Positions 9,031-20,900 of a stretch of 64,000 nt of DNA are shown in pieces. Position numbers and translations under genes: made by a program. The notes below the pieces were generated by a model that was not told the DNA's origin, did no database searches, and saw only the letters and a program-made list of their open reading frames with translations. The stretch lies in assembly GCA_963729835.1 (NCBI GenBank), contig CAVSQF010000039.1, positions 514,801 to 578,800 on the forward strand. Direction: 5' to 3'. This stretch comes from an uncultured delta proteobacterium. Its GTDB lineage: Bacteria > Desulfobacterota > Binatia > HRBIN30. The stretch's first letter is position 1. Each line of letters opens with the position of its first letter.

Positions 9031-9894
9031 ATGAGTGTCGGCTGGATCGAGCTTACGGTCGAGGTGCCACCGGACTGGGGCGAGCCGGTCGCCAACTTCT
9101 TGCTCGAAAACGGAGCGCCCGGGCTGCAGTTCCAAGAGCAACAGGACAGCACGCTCTTCGTCGCCCACTTCCGGCAGACCGCGCCCGTGGAGGCCCTCCG
9201 ACGTTTCTGTTCCCAGTTGACTCCAGCGCTCACTTCATCGCGCGTTGATATCCAAACGCGCATCGTCGCGGATGAAGACTGGGCAGAGAACTGGAAGAGT
9301 CACTTTCAATCACAAGCGGTTGGAGAGCGCCTGTCCATCTGCCCGCCATGGGCATCGGGCGAGCCCTCACCTGGCCGCCTGCGCATCACGATCGAGCCGG
9401 GCATGGCCTTCGGAACCGCCCAACACGCCAGCACTCGCGGCTGTTTGGAACTGCTGGAACGCGCCATCGCCGGGCGCCACATCACCCGTGCGTTGGACGT
9501 GGGAACCGGTTCCGGCGTACTTGCCATCGCACTGGCGAAGCTTGCGGTACCGGAGGTGTGGGCGGTCGATACGGACCCCGTTGCTTGCAGCGTGGCGCAG
9601 AAGAATGCCGCGCTCAACGGTGTTGCCGGGTCTATCCGGGTTCGTCCAGGGCTTGCTGACGCGCAGGGAACATTCGATCTCGTCACCGCGAACCTTTATG
9701 CCGCGGTGCTTCACGAACTGGCGCCGGAGTTTTCCAGGCGCTTGCGAAGGGCTGGAATCCTGATCTGTTCCGGCTTTCTTGTGACTGACGAAACCGGTAT
9801 CCGTAACGCCTATGGCGCAGATTGTAACGTGCTGGAGCGTCGGGAGTGCGAGTCCTGGGTAAGCCTGATGTTCGAACGGAGAGTTGAGGCGTGA
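9031..9894 (+). CDS. prmA: Ribosomal protein L11 methyltransferase PrmA
   Basis: SAM-MTase motif ALDVGTGSGVLAIALAKLA and the PrmA architecture. The track ORF begins at 8938, but the internal ATG at 9031 avoids overlap with the convergent gene. Confidence 0.8.
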   Translation: MSVGWIELTVEVPPDWGEPVANFLLENGAPGLQFQEQQDSTLFVAHFRQTAPVEALRRFCSQLTPALTSSRVDIQTRIVADEDWAENWKSHFQSQAVGERLSICPPWASGEPSPGRLRITIEPGMAFGTAQHASTRGCLELLERAIAGRHITRALDVGTGSGVLAIALAKLAVPEVWAVDTDPVACSVAQKNAALNGVAGSIRVRPGLADAQGTFDLVTANLYAAVLHELAPEFSRRLRRAGILICSGFLVTDETGIRNAYGADCNVLERRECESWVSLMFERRVEA

Positions 9895-10631
9895 GCACGC
9901 CGCGCTTCCTCGTCACCGGTGCGGCGCTCCTCGAGCCCGACGTGATTCTCATGGGCACCGAGCTCCACCACTTACGCGTACGCCGTGTGTCGATTGGGGG
10001 TGAGGTCCTCTTGTCGGACGGTTCGGGGCACTTTCAGCGGGGCATCGTCACCGACCTGGATCGGCACCGGGCTGTGATCCGCTTGCTCGATGAGGCTGTT
10101 GCAGAACCGGTAGCACCCTTGCGACTCGTCTTAGCGCAGGCACTCCTCAAATCGAGCAAGACAGATCTGCTGATCGAGAAGGCGACCGAGCTGGGGATCA
10201 GCGAGATCATCGTTCTGACCTCCGGGCGTTCGGTTGTGCGTGCCACTCCAGAGCATCAGGCTCGCTGGCAGCGCATCGCCGCCAGCGCAACCAAGCAATC
10301 CCAACGCAGCAGCGTACCACGCATCAGAGGGCCCATACCTTTCAAAGAACTGCTGTCCACAGCGACCGCTACGGTACAGTTGCTGTTTTGGGAGAGCTGC
10401 CGCGCCGGTGGATTGGCACAGGTAAAAACTGAGCAGCCTCACAGCAAATCCGTGCTCGCCGTTGTCGGGCCCGAAGGAGGCTTCAGCACTGCAGAGGCCG
10501 AGGCAGCCCAGAGAGCCGGGTTCCGCCTCATCAGCCTCGGGACGCGCATTTTGCGCGCCGAAACCGCTGCCCTCGTCGCCGTCACTCTCTGCCAATACTT
10601 GTGGGGCGATCTCGGCCCGAGCCGCACGTAA
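9891..10631 (+). CDS. rsmE: 16S rRNA (uracil1498-N3)-methyltransferase RsmE
   Basis: 246 aa with a PUA-like N-terminus plus a SPOUT domain (LVLAQALLKSSKTDLLIEKATELG...VVGPEGGFS..E). The 4-nt overlap with prmA indicates an operon. Confidence 0.8.
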   Translation: MSTPRFLVTGAALLEPDVILMGTELHHLRVRRVSIGGEVLLSDGSGHFQRGIVTDLDRHRAVIRLLDEAVAEPVAPLRLVLAQALLKSSKTDLLIEKATELGISEIIVLTSGRSVVRATPEHQARWQRIAASATKQSQRSSVPRIRGPIPFKELLSTATATVQLLFWESCRAGGLAQVKTEQPHSKSVLAVVGPEGGFSTAEAEAAQRAGFRLISLGTRILRAETAALVAVTLCQYLWGDLGPSRT

Positions 10632-10705
10632 TTGCCTGCGGCAGCTGCGGCGCATGGCGGCCGCAACTTGCGTGCGCGGCGTTGGGGCCGTAGCATACCG
10701 ATGCC

Positions 10706-11653
10706 ATGTCACGCTTCCTCTTCATCATGGATCCGATCGAGCACATCCTGCCGGACAAGGACACGACCTTCGCCTTCATGCTGGAGAGCCAGAGACGGCA
10801 GCATGCGCTCCACTACTGTGGCATTCAAGACCTTTTCGTCCAAGGTTGCGTCCCGCACGCACGTGTGCGCCGTGCCGAAGTGGCCAGGGACGTCCCGCAC
10901 TACCGCCTTTTTGAAGAGCGCACTGAACTGCTGACCTGGTTCGATACCATCTTCATGCGCAAGGACCCGCCGGTCGACCTTGCGTACGTTTTCGCGACGC
11001 ACATTCTCAGCCTGCTGGATCACACACCGACCTGGGTCATGAACAACCCCCGTGGTCTGCGTGACGCCAACGAGAAGCTCTACGCCCTCAACTTCCCGAG
11101 CGTGATCCCGCCGAGTATCGTCACCTGTGACATTCGCCGTCTCAAGGCGTTCATGGAGGAGCGCGGCGGTGAAATGATCATCAAGCCTTTGGATGGTTGC
11201 GGTGGCGCCGGCGTCTTCCACCTGCACCAGCGCGACCGCAACGTCAATGCTCTCCTTGAGATGACGACGGCCAACGGACAGCGCTCGATCATGGCGCAGC
11301 AGTACTTGCCTGCAGTCCGCGCCGGCGACAAACGTTTGCTCCTCCTCGACGGTCAGCCTCTCGGGGCCGTTCTTCGCGTCCCGCGTGAGGACGAACACCG
11401 CGGCAACATCCACGTCGGCGGGATGTGCACCAAGACCGAGATCACCGCCCGCGACCGTCTGATTGCCGAGACGTTAGGACCTCGCCTGCGCGAGGACGGC
11501 CTCTACTTCGTCGGACTTGACGTCATTGGCGGCTACCTCACCGAGGTCAACGTGACCAGCCCCACGGGCATCCAGGAGATCGACTTGCTGAACGACACGC
11601 GGATCGAGGCAGCCGTTATCGACTTCGTCGAGCGCCACATTCGTTCGCACTGA
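10706..11653 (+). CDS. gshB: Glutathione synthetase (prokaryotic ATP-grasp type)
   Basis: 315 aa with GshB N-domain and ATP-grasp motifs (MIIKPLDGCGGAGVF..., VGLDVIGGYLTEVNVTSPTG). Confidence 0.85.
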   Translation: MSRFLFIMDPIEHILPDKDTTFAFMLESQRRQHALHYCGIQDLFVQGCVPHARVRRAEVARDVPHYRLFEERTELLTWFDTIFMRKDPPVDLAYVFATHILSLLDHTPTWVMNNPRGLRDANEKLYALNFPSVIPPSIVTCDIRRLKAFMEERGGEMIIKPLDGCGGAGVFHLHQRDRNVNALLEMTTANGQRSIMAQQYLPAVRAGDKRLLLLDGQPLGAVLRVPREDEHRGNIHVGGMCTKTEITARDRLIAETLGPRLREDGLYFVGLDVIGGYLTEVNVTSPTGIQEIDLLNDTRIEAAVIDFVERHIRSH

Positions 11654-11712
11654 GGAATCCCGCCACCGCCGACAAAGCACAAAGCAGCGCCTTCGCCGCC
11701 TTCCGAGCCCCC

Positions 11713-11752
11713 AAAACACGAACGGGGCGCCCTAGGGCACCCCGTTCGTTCC
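11713..11752 (-). terminator. Intrinsic terminator hairpin between convergent gshB and the secreted-paralog operon
   Basis: Minus-sense AACGAACGGGGUGCCCUAGGGCGCCCCGUUCGUGUUUUGGGGG: a GC-rich stem followed by UUUU. Confidence 0.6.
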
Positions 11753-11770
11753 CGTCACAAGTACACTCCG

Positions 11771-13003
11771 CTACGGCAAGGTGATCGTATCAGCCGTGCT
11801 CCGCGAGCCCTGCATGTGCAGGTTGAACGCGGCGCTTCTGTCGTTGTGGTGCTCCACGGCGACGCCGAGGATACCGCTCGGAACCGGTCCTACGCCGATC
11901 GCGTTCATCCGGGTTTGCCCAGTCAGCGTACCGGCTACCGCAACACTGAAAATCGACCGGCTACAGCTCGGAGTGTCGATGTTGCACAGCTCCAAGTCCT
12001 GGAAGCAGCTGACTGTCCTGCTGGTAGAGAAACGTTGCTCGAACTCGTTGAATACCAGGTACTGCACGACTGCGGTGCCTGGGATCTGCCGGAGCAGGTC
12101 TTCCGAACAGGGCACCAGAACGAGGTGCGTCATGATCGTGTCATCGGTGCCCGGCACCGGGTCGCTGGCGAGATCAAAGAAGTGATCGAGGATCAAGAAA
12201 TTCGGGCACCCATTGTATTCGCCAGCCGTGCCGCCGAGCGTGAGGACATTGCCCGAGACAGCGCTGCCGGCTACCGCCTGGATCCCTAGCGCATTGTAAC
12301 TGGCCACGTCCAAGTTAGCCGCGGGGGTCGTCTCGTACGTCTCGATCAGCGCCTCACCCTTCAGATCGTTGCTCGCGACCGGTGCACCCGTGGCATCGAC
12401 TTCGATGCACTTCAACTCGCCCACAAACGGGCTCTCCGAAACCGGAGGAATGCGCGTGCCAGCGTTGCTGTCCGTACAGTTTCCTCCCGGCACCGGATTA
12501 CAGTCGTCATTGGTGCCACACGCTTGGAAGGGGTTCTGTTGGCAGAAGCCATACGGCAACGGCAGCCCGCTATCGGCCAAGCCCGCTGAGGCCAGCCACT
12601 CGATCGGTTGGCCCTCCGTCAGGACGATATTGAAGTCCGTCTCTTGGCACTGGGGCACGCAAACCCCGCCGCCTGTGCAAGCTGCGGCGTTGCCCGTGCA
12701 CACCGCACCGTCCGCCGCCCCACCCGAGCAGTGTGAATTCGCATTGATATAGAAGCACTCCACGTTAATCGGTGTTGTCTGGTTGGTATTCGTCAGCCGG
12801 ATCACCGTGTCGCCGGTGGCTTGCACCACCACCTCGGGGTACACCACGATCGCTGCAGGCTTATCCGAGGCTATGTCCGCCCGTGCTGCTTGTCCGCCGG
12901 ACATAACGAATGCCGTTGCGACCGCCATCGTCCAGCCTGCCCATCGCACCTTTCCCATCTGTAGTCTCCTTTCCGCTGTCCTCGGACGCCGCATCATCAG
13001 CAC
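11771..13003 (-). CDS. Secreted Cys-rich protein, uncharacterised family, paralog 1 (intact)
   Basis: 410 aa with a signal peptide. It shares blocks with the three downstream paralogs: CFY(I/V)NA, FxGEL(K/E)CIEVD, LKGEA, YNA(L/I)G, ILDHFF, LxLVPCSED, QxLV(F/Y)NEFEQ, GQTRM, NLHxQG. Carries a P1-specific insert CTGNAAACTGGGVCVPQC. Confidence 0.75.
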   Translation of the reverse strand: MLMMRRPRTAERRLQMGKVRWAGWTMAVATAFVMSGGQAARADIASDKPAAIVVYPEVVVQATGDTVIRLTNTNQTTPINVECFYINANSHCSGGAADGAVCTGNAAACTGGGVCVPQCQETDFNIVLTEGQPIEWLASAGLADSGLPLPYGFCQQNPFQACGTNDDCNPVPGGNCTDSNAGTRIPPVSESPFVGELKCIEVDATGAPVASNDLKGEALIETYETTPAANLDVASYNALGIQAVAGSAVSGNVLTLGGTAGEYNGCPNFLILDHFFDLASDPVPGTDDTIMTHLVLVPCSEDLLRQIPGTAVVQYLVFNEFEQRFSTSRTVSCFQDLELCNIDTPSCSRSIFSVAVAGTLTGQTRMNAIGVGPVPSGILGVAVEHHNDRSAAFNLHMQGSRSTADTITLP

Positions 13004-13009
13004 CGGAAA

Positions 13010-14304
13010 TTAGTCCGAATTGAGCTGTTCCGCGGGAATCGTAATCACGTCCGCGGGCTCTTGACTCGGCGTCACCAGGGTCGTGTGGCCATTCTGTGCC
13101 GACCGGGCTGTGAGAGACCCTGCTGTGTGAGTCTCCTCGATCACCGCAATCACGCCGAACGGCGTGTTGGCCGCCGACCGCATCCGCGTCTGCACGACCG
13201 AGCTTTGAAGGTTCGCAGCCTGGAAGATCGAGTTGATGGTTTCCAAGTTCCACGATGCCCAACACTCCATGGTCGTCGATGCTGAGAACGTCTGTTCGAA
13301 CTCGTTGGTGATCGCGAATTGCAAGGCCACCGCTGGGGTTGACTGCAATTCGAAATTCTCGGTGCACGGCACTACAGTGAGGTTTGTGCCAACGGTGCTG
13401 CTCCCCCCGACCAACAGATCCGTAGCGCCGACGGCGCTGTGATCAAGGATCCAGGTAGCCGGGCACCCCGCGTACTCGGGACCACCCGGGCAGTTGGCGC
13501 CGCCGCCCTGCCCCACGCAGAGGACGTTGTCTTGGTTATTGGGGTTCAGCCCCTGGAGGCCAATCGCGTTGTACTTTGAAACATCGCCAGTCGCGATCTC
13601 CTCAAGGGTAGCTTCGCCCTTGAGCGAGTTGCCCGGCAGTGGAGCACCGCCAGCGTCGACCTCGATGCACATGAGCTCACCCGTGAAGCCGGGCACGACG
13701 GGCGGTACCCGTCCCGGATCAAAACCGGCATCACAACAGGGGTGACCGCCTGCGGGAAAAGTCGTGTCGTTGGGATTACAACTCACAGCCCTGCACGTGG
13801 CCTCGTTGGACGGATACAGACGCCCGGTTGAGGCCACCCAGTGCGTCGGTTGTTGTTTCGTCAGCCAGATGTCGAAATCGATCTCCGTACACAGCGGCGG
13901 GTTTACCTGTTCGCACACGGCGTTGTTGCCGCACACTCCAGCCACTTGCGGATTGCACGAAAGGCCGTTCGAAGCCCCGCCCTTACAAATGAAACCTCCA
14001 GGCGGTTGCCCGGGATCGTGGGCGCCCCATTTACGTAAAAGCAGTGGGCAAACCGCATACTGTTGGTGGTGTTGGTAATTTGAATGACCGTATCCCGAAC
14101 TCCATCGGCTATCACCTTTGGAAAAATCAGGATAGACGCGCTTTGCTCCGTGGTTACGGCAGCCGCCGCCGGCCTGGCTACAAACGCCGCCCCGACCAGT
14201 GCTGCGAGTCCAATGAGCCTTACTAGCCCTCGCTGCCTACGCATTACCCTCCTCCTTTCGATCACGCCGCACCGAAATTCGCCTAGGCGAACCCCTTCGA
14301 CCAA
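13010..14304 (-). pseudogene. Secreted Cys-rich family, paralog 2, split by a single frameshift near 13945
   Basis: ORF 13903..14304 (signal peptide + ILIFPKV...CFYVNGAP) and ORF 13010..13945 (EIDFDIWLTKQQPTHW ... C-terminus) are consecutive parts of one gene in different frames. A 1-nt indel lies at a G/C run. Confidence 0.6.
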
Positions 14305-14358
14305 GTGCGAGCCTTATATCTGTGGGGTCTGAGATTGTCAAGTCAAAAGGCCCTTTTT

Positions 14359-15632
14359 TCATAGTCCCCCCGCGGGCAGGTAAATGAAATCACTTTGGGG
14401 CCGAGTTCCCTGAAAATGCAGGTTGACCGCTGCGCTGCCCCCATCGGCACGGAATTCCTCCGCAACGCCAAGAAGCGTATGTCCCTGCGTCTGGTCTTGG
14501 TTAGCTACCCCGCGGATCCTCGTCTGCCCTGTCAATGTCCCCTGCACCGCGGCACTGAAAATCGATCGGTCCGTACTCGCTTTGTCGATATCGGAGATGT
14601 GGAACTCTTGGAAGCAGGTCACCGGGCGACTTGTCGACAGGCGTTGTTCAAACTCGTTGTACACCAAGAACTGGACCGTTGTCGTAACCGGCATCTGGGT
14701 TGCGAAATCTTCGGAGCACGGGACCAGCGTCAAGTCCGTAGTAACCTCAAGTCCTGAAACCGGATCGTCCGCACCGTCGAAAAAATGATCCAGAATGAGA
14801 ATGTTGGGGCACGAGCTGTACTCGGCGGGGCAGCTCCCGCCAGGGCATGAAGCGGCACCCGAACACGGCAACCCGTTGTTCGAAACCGCCGTTACAGCTG
14901 CCACCGAGGACGAGTGTGTTGTCGCCGTTGTTGGTCCCTGCATTCGCCGGAATGCCGACGGCATTGTACCCTTCCACGTCAATACTCGTCCCTGTCGAAC
15001 GAATGATCTCCGCCTCACCCTTCAAGTCATTCCGTTCGACGGGCACGTTGTTCTGATCGACGGCGATGCACTTCAACTCACCGATGAACGGGACCCTCCG
15101 GCACCCCAGGAATCCGGCTGCCGTCGTTATTTTGCCCGTTTGGACCCGGCCGGCCGCTGGTACTCAGTGGGAGGCACGGCACATCGGGGTTGTCGCTCTC
15201 TTGACACAGCACCGAACCCTGCGAAGCCAGCCATGCAATGGGTTGGCTTGCGGTGATATTCACGACGAAATCGCTCTCTTGCCAGTCAGCCTGGCATGCG
15301 CCAGTCGGGCTGCACGTCACCGGCGTCGAGAGGCAGCTTCCCGTTCCATTCGTGCAATGCGGGGTTGCATTGACGTAGAAACACCATATCGTGATGGGCT
15401 GGTTGGAGGTGTTGCTCACCCGGATCAGCGTATCGACTGGGCCTTGTGATGTTTGCGGCGGCACCGATGTATCCACAACCAGTTTGGGAAACACGAGAAT
15501 CGCCGCGGGCTCATCGGATGCAACGTTAGCGCGAGCACCCGACAGCGCGACACACGCCGCCACGACCGACACCGAACTCCACCACACAGCCTGCTTGAGC
15601 ATACCGAGCCGTCCTGTACGTGTGTGCATCAC
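14359..15632 (-). pseudogene. Secreted Cys-rich family, paralog 3, split by two frameshifts
   Basis: Three ORFs (15078..15632 N-terminal part with signal peptide, 14747..15076 middle, 14359..15018 C-terminal) are collinear with paralog 4. Lesions are near 15078 (EGP/FIGELKCIAVD) and near 14880 (GGSCNGG / LPCSGAASCPGG). Confidence 0.6.
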
Positions 15633-16828
15633 GGGGCCTCCGGCAATACAATGACGTCGCTGTTTGGACGCACCCCTTCGCCGTGCAGGTTCAACGCCGC
15701 ACGACTGACCAGCGGTGCCGCTACCGGTCCCTGGCTGTGAAACTCCTCAGCAACTCCTACGAAGCCCGGCTCGCCATCCGTCGCAGCGGTCATAAGCGTC
15801 TGGGCGAACCGCGTTCCGAGGAAGCCAACATCGAACACTCGCGCAATCGCGTCGAGTTGCAGATTACTCCAACAGGCCACCGTGGTACTGGTTGAGAACA
15901 GTTCCTCGAATTCATTCGTAATCTGGAATTGCACGGTCACCTGCCCCGCGATCTGGTTCTCAAAGTCTTCGCTGCATGGCACCAAGGTCAACTCAGTAAC
16001 CACCTTCGACGGACCGTTGCCGAGTTCGTCCACAGCCGGATCGTTGGCATTCTCCGCGAAATGATTCAGAATGACGGTCTCGGGGCAGGCGTTGTATTCC
16101 GCCCCGGTGGGGCACTGACTCGATTGCGCGCCCCCTAAGCACAGCGTGTTATCGCCGTTGTTCGACCCCTGATCCGAATTGATACCGAGCACGCCGATGG
16201 CGTTGTACTTGGACGCGTCACCGGCCGGCGTGACCAGTGTCGCCTCGCCCTTGAAATGGTTGCCATTGATCGGGGCGCCGGATGAATCCACCTCGATGCA
16301 CTCCAACTCGCCCGCAAACGGGTCAGAGACTGGCGGGATCAGTCCCGGGTCGAAGCCCGCACCGAAACAGTCCCGAACATCCTTGGTGCAGGACTTATCC
16401 GTCTGGTCGAACCGTCGGCCACTCGACACCACCCAATGCGTCGGTTGCTGCTTGGTGAGCCAAATGTCGAAATCGATTTCCTGACATTGCGCCGGGTTCA
16501 GAACTCCCGCCGGTTGAGAGGGATCCTCCGGTACCGCGTTCACGTAAAAGCAATGCGCGAACACCATCGAGTTCGACGTGCTGGAGATTTGAATGATCGT
16601 ATCGACGGGGGCTCCCGTCTGTATGCCCGTTGAATCGGATTGCACCTTCGGGAAGATCAGAATCGAACTGCTGAGTTCGGTGGTCACGTCCCCGGGCGCC
16701 CGCACGGCCGTGACGGCGAACACGATGGACGCCGCAACGCCCCAACGCGCAATCACCCCGCTCGCACTTCCCTTCATTCCATGCTCCTCCGTCGCGTCAA
16801 AGCCGCCGGGATTCCTGGCACTCGTCAT
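15629..16828 (-). CDS. Secreted Cys-rich protein, uncharacterised family, paralog 4 (intact)
   Basis: 399 aa with a signal peptide and every conserved block of the family (ILIFPKV, CFYVNA, EIDFDIWLTKQQPTHW, FAGELECIEVD, ILNHF, LTLVPCSEDF, NEFEELFSTS, NLHGEG). Confidence 0.75.
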   Translation of the reverse strand: MTSARNPGGFDATEEHGMKGSASGVIARWGVAASIVFAVTAVRAPGDVTTELSSSILIFPKVQSDSTGIQTGAPVDTIIQISSTSNSMVFAHCFYVNAVPEDPSQPAGVLNPAQCQEIDFDIWLTKQQPTHWVVSSGRRFDQTDKSCTKDVRDCFGAGFDPGLIPPVSDPFAGELECIEVDSSGAPINGNHFKGEATLVTPAGDASKYNAIGVLGINSDQGSNNGDNTLCLGGAQSSQCPTGAEYNACPETVILNHFAENANDPAVDELGNGPSKVVTELTLVPCSEDFENQIAGQVTVQFQITNEFEELFSTSTTVACWSNLQLDAIARVFDVGFLGTRFAQTLMTAATDGEPGFVGVAEEFHSQGPVAAPLVSRAALNLHGEGVRPNSDVIVLPEAP

Positions 16829-16954
16829 TGCTCCGGCCGCACGCCACGTCCGCGACCCTACGTCGCAAGTGTTGCTTTATAAACTGCTTAGCCCAACATG
16901 TCAACCTAAAAGATACACTACAACGTACGCCGGCAAAAGGCAATCGGTGTTGGC

Positions 16955-17872
16955 TTACCCGACACACGCGAGCCAGTGCCTGTACTCTGCGTCCGCGCCC
17001 CGCGTGATCGCCGTGAAGCGGTCCTGCAGTTCCCGCGTAATGCGACCTGGTCGCCCGGCGCCGATTTGGCGATCGTCAATCTCACGTACCGGAGTGACCT
17101 CCGCAGCGGTCCCGGTCATGAAGGCCTCATCAGCCAGGTACGCCTCGTCGCGCGTGAAACGCTCCTCCACAACCTCGATCCCCTGCGCGCGCAGGATGGT
17201 CAGCACGCTGTCCCGGGTAATCCCGGCGAGGATGGATGTCTGGGGTGTCGTCTTCACGCGGCCGCCGCGAATGATGAAGATATTCTCCCCACTGCATTCA
17301 GCCACGAAGCCATCGGTATCGAGCAACACCGCCTCGTCGTAGCCGGCATGCCGGGCCTCCACGGCCGCGAGAATGGAGTTGACGTAATTCCCCACCGCCT
17401 TCGCCTTGGTCATGAAGGTATTCACGTGCATCCGCTGAAACGATGAGGTCTTGAGGCGCACACCATTGCGCACCCCTTCGTCGCCCAGGTACGCGCCCCA
17501 CGACCAGACGATAATCGCCACGTGCACCGGGTTCTGCACGGCGGCAAGGCCCATCTCGCCGGCCCCGAGGAAAACCAGCGGGCGGATGTAACAGGATCGC
17601 AGCTTATTCGCGCGCACCGTTTGCACGCACGCTTCGGTAATCTGCTCCCTGGTGAATGGCATGCGCATTCCGAGGATGTGTGCCGAACCGAACAGCCGAT
17701 CCACGTGTTCCTCCAGGCGGAAGATCGCGGCGGCCCCATCGCGTCCCTCGTAGCAGCGGATACCCTCGAAGACGCCGAGGCCGTAATGCAACGTATGCGC
17801 CAGCACGTGCACCTGCGCCGCATCCCACGGCACCAGCTCACCGTCAAACCAAATCTGTTCGCTCTTCTGCAC
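16955..17872 (-). CDS. ilvE: Branched-chain amino acid aminotransferase (class IV)
   Basis: 305 aa with fold-type IV aminotransferase motifs ([10 protein letters not shown], ...VGNYVNS..., ...ECSGENIF...). Confidence 0.85.
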   Translation of the reverse strand: MQKSEQIWFDGELVPWDAAQVHVLAHTLHYGLGVFEGIRCYEGRDGAAAIFRLEEHVDRLFGSAHILGMRMPFTREQITEACVQTVRANKLRSCYIRPLVFLGAGEMGLAAVQNPVHVAIIVWSWGAYLGDEGVRNGVRLKTSSFQRMHVNTFMTKAKAVGNYVNSILAAVEARHAGYDEAVLLDTDGFVAECSGENIFIIRGGRVKTTPQTSILAGITRDSVLTILRAQGIEVVEERFTRDEAYLADEAFMTGTAAEVTPVREIDDRQIGAGRPGRITRELQDRFTAITRGADAEYRHWLACVG

Positions 17873-17918
17873 AGCGATTTCCTCTCCCGTGCCTGCGTAA
17901 CGGAAGCGATCCCGTAGG

Positions 17919-20900
17919 TCAATCCAGACCGCCCTCGGCGCGATCGAACCACCGTTCGTAACAGGCTCGGATGGCTTCGCGCCACACGGTGCATTCGTGC
18001 CAGAGCCCCTCGCTCACGACGGCAGGGGACCCCTCGAAGCCCAGGCGCTTCGCCATCGCTGACAAACCCATGTCCGCGCGGTCGAGGTCTTCCACCGGGC
18101 GGTCGCGCGCCAGGCGCAGCGAGTTCTCGACGCGGCGCAGAAAGTGATAGCCCTGGGTAAGCAACGCGTGATCTCCGACGGACAACACGCCGCTATCGGT
18201 GAGTGCCTGCAGGGCTCCGAGCGTGTCGCGCACCCGAACGCGCGGCTCCGAAAACCCGTAATGCAGCTGCAGCATCTGCACCAGGAACTCGATGTCCACC
18301 ATGCCGCCTCGCCCCGTCTTGATGTTGATGTGGTCCGGCGTTTCGCGTGCCAACTCGCGTTCCATGCGCTCACGGAGACGTCGGATCTCGCGGACCTGCT
18401 CCGGGAGCAGGGGGGCGCGGTACACGAACGCCGAGATGATGGCGCTGACTCGCTCGCTCAATGCCGGATCCCCGGCGACCGGTCGCGCCTTGATCAGTGC
18501 TTGACGCTCCCACATGCGGGCGCTCGTCTCGTGATATTGACGAAATCCCTCGAGCGAGGACACCAGCGGCCCCGACCGGCCCGACGGGCGCAGCCGCGTG
18601 TCGATGCGGTAGACGATGCCCTCGCGTGTCGTCACTTGCAGGACCGTAATTAGCCGCTGGGCCAGCTTGGAAAAAGCTTCGTGCGCCGACAGCGGTCCAC
18701 TCTCGGCGGCGTCCCGGTAGACAAAAATGAGGTCCAGGTCGGAATTATAATTGAGTTCCCTGCCCCCGAGCTTCCCCATCCCGACGACGACCAGCCGTCC
18801 CAACAGGTCATCATACCCGTAGCGGGCGCAGACATCCCGGTGCGCCACAGCGCACGCGCCGCGCAAGCACGCCTCGGCCAACGCCGTTAGCTCCGTGCTC
18901 ACTTCTTGCGGCTCGAGCAGCGCTTGCAGATCATTGATACCAATCCGTAGGAACTCCTGATTGCGGAACCGCCGGAGCACACCGAGCATCTCCTCGAAGT
19001 CATCGGCGCGGGCCAGCACCTCCGCAATCTCGGCATGCAACTCCTCGACCGTGCGGTGGACACGCACCAGATCGGCGCGCACCAATGTATCGAGCAGTTC
19101 CGGATGGCGGATGAACGCATTGGCAAGGAACTGACTCCCGCCGAACAGGTCCACGAGCATGCGCAGCGTCCCCGGATTCTCCCGCAGTAGCGCCAGGAAG
19201 CTGGTGCGCGCCCCGATCGACGAAATGAACGTCGCCAGGTTCTGCAACGCCAGATCCGGGTCGGCCGCCTTAAGGATTGTCCCGAGCATGGCGGGAGCGA
19301 GCTCGTACAGCACCTTCTTGCGGTGCGCCCGTGCCCGTGCAGCCGGGGGGCCGTCACGCAGCAGCAGCAGGTTCTCGTAGCTCGCCGCTGGCCGTGCGGA
19401 CCCAAGCACCTCCAAGCGGGCGATGCTGGCGTCCCGGTCATCTAAGGTCCTGAGCAGTTGCACGACGGTTGGCTCACTCGCGCGCTGCGTCTCGCGCGCC
19501 GGCTCGTAAAAGAGCTTCTCGAAGGCGCGCCGGACGTTCTGCGTATGCCGATCGAGGTCTGCCCACAGCTGCGCCACCGCGCCAGCGCCGCGGTACCCGA
19601 GTCGCCGCGCCAGCGTCTCCTGTTCGTGCGCCGTGGCCGGCAGGCTATGCGTTTGCCGCTCATGCACGATCTGGATCTTGTGTTCGACGTTGCGCAAGAA
19701 GCGGTATGCCTCCACCAGCGCCGTGCCCTCTTCGGGCGGCAGGTAGCCGCCGGCAACCAACCGGCCCAACGTCGGCAGCGATCCGCCTCCACGCAGCCGA
19801 TCGTCGCGCCCGCCATGGATGAGCTGCATGACTTGGACCAGGAACTCGATCTCGCGAATGCCACCGGGCCCGAGTTTGACGTTGCCGCGGCCCACTTTCT
19901 CCCCGAGCCGGGCTTCCAGCCGCGCCTTCATTTCCTTCATGTCGGCCACGGTCGCGTAATCGAGATAGCGCCGGTAGACGAAGGGCTGAACCTCGCGCAG
20001 GAAATGCTCGCCGAGCTCGTGTGAGCCCGCAATCGGCCGCCCTTGAATCAGCGCCGAGCGTTCCCAGGTTTGGCCGTACGCTTCGTAGTACAGCAGGGCA
20101 TTCGGCGCCGCGTTGACGATCGGACCGTTGATGCCTTCCGGGCGCAGGCGCAGATCCACGCGGAAGGCGAAGCCGCTGGGCGTCACCTCCTGCAAGGCGC
20201 GGGTGATGAGCTCCGCGAGTCGGGTGAAGTACTGGCGCGCCGACAGCGATCCGCGCGGCCCGCCGGTGCTCTCACCGGCCTCGCTCTCGTACAGGTACAG
20301 CACGTCGACGTCTGAGCTGAAGTTCAACTCGCCACCACCGAGCTTCCCCATGCCGAGGACGGTGAAGGGATGCGGGGTGCCGGGCGCCGGATCTCGAGTA
20401 TCCAGAAACAGTTCGCCGTACTGCTCCCGCAGCGACTGCCGCGCCCACTCGTAGGCGGCGGCGAATAGACCGGCCGCCAGGGTGCTGAGTTCACTCATAG
20501 TGATTTCGACGGGATAGCGCGCGGTGAGGTCGGCCATGCCGATGCGAACGTATTCGCGATGGCGCAGCCGCCGCAGGCGCTCGGAGAACCGCTCCCACGG
20601 CTCCGCCACCCCGGCAGCGAGCGCCCGCTCATGGTCGGCTGCATCGCGCCGCGCCGCCACCGCACAGTCACGGAACAACGTGATCCAATCCTTTCCGGCG
20701 GCATGCAGCGTGTTGGTCGACGGTTGGCTGGCGCCCAACACGGTGAATAGGGCCGACAACTCCTCGCGGCTCGCGGTCTCGAGCGCCGCAAGCTCCGGCG
20801 TCACGTCGAGCAACCACTCCCAACCGGCCAGGGCCATGGCCGGGTCGGGAGCACCGGCCAGCAGGTCCGGCAATGCGGCGGCGACCGTCGGCGCCAGGCC

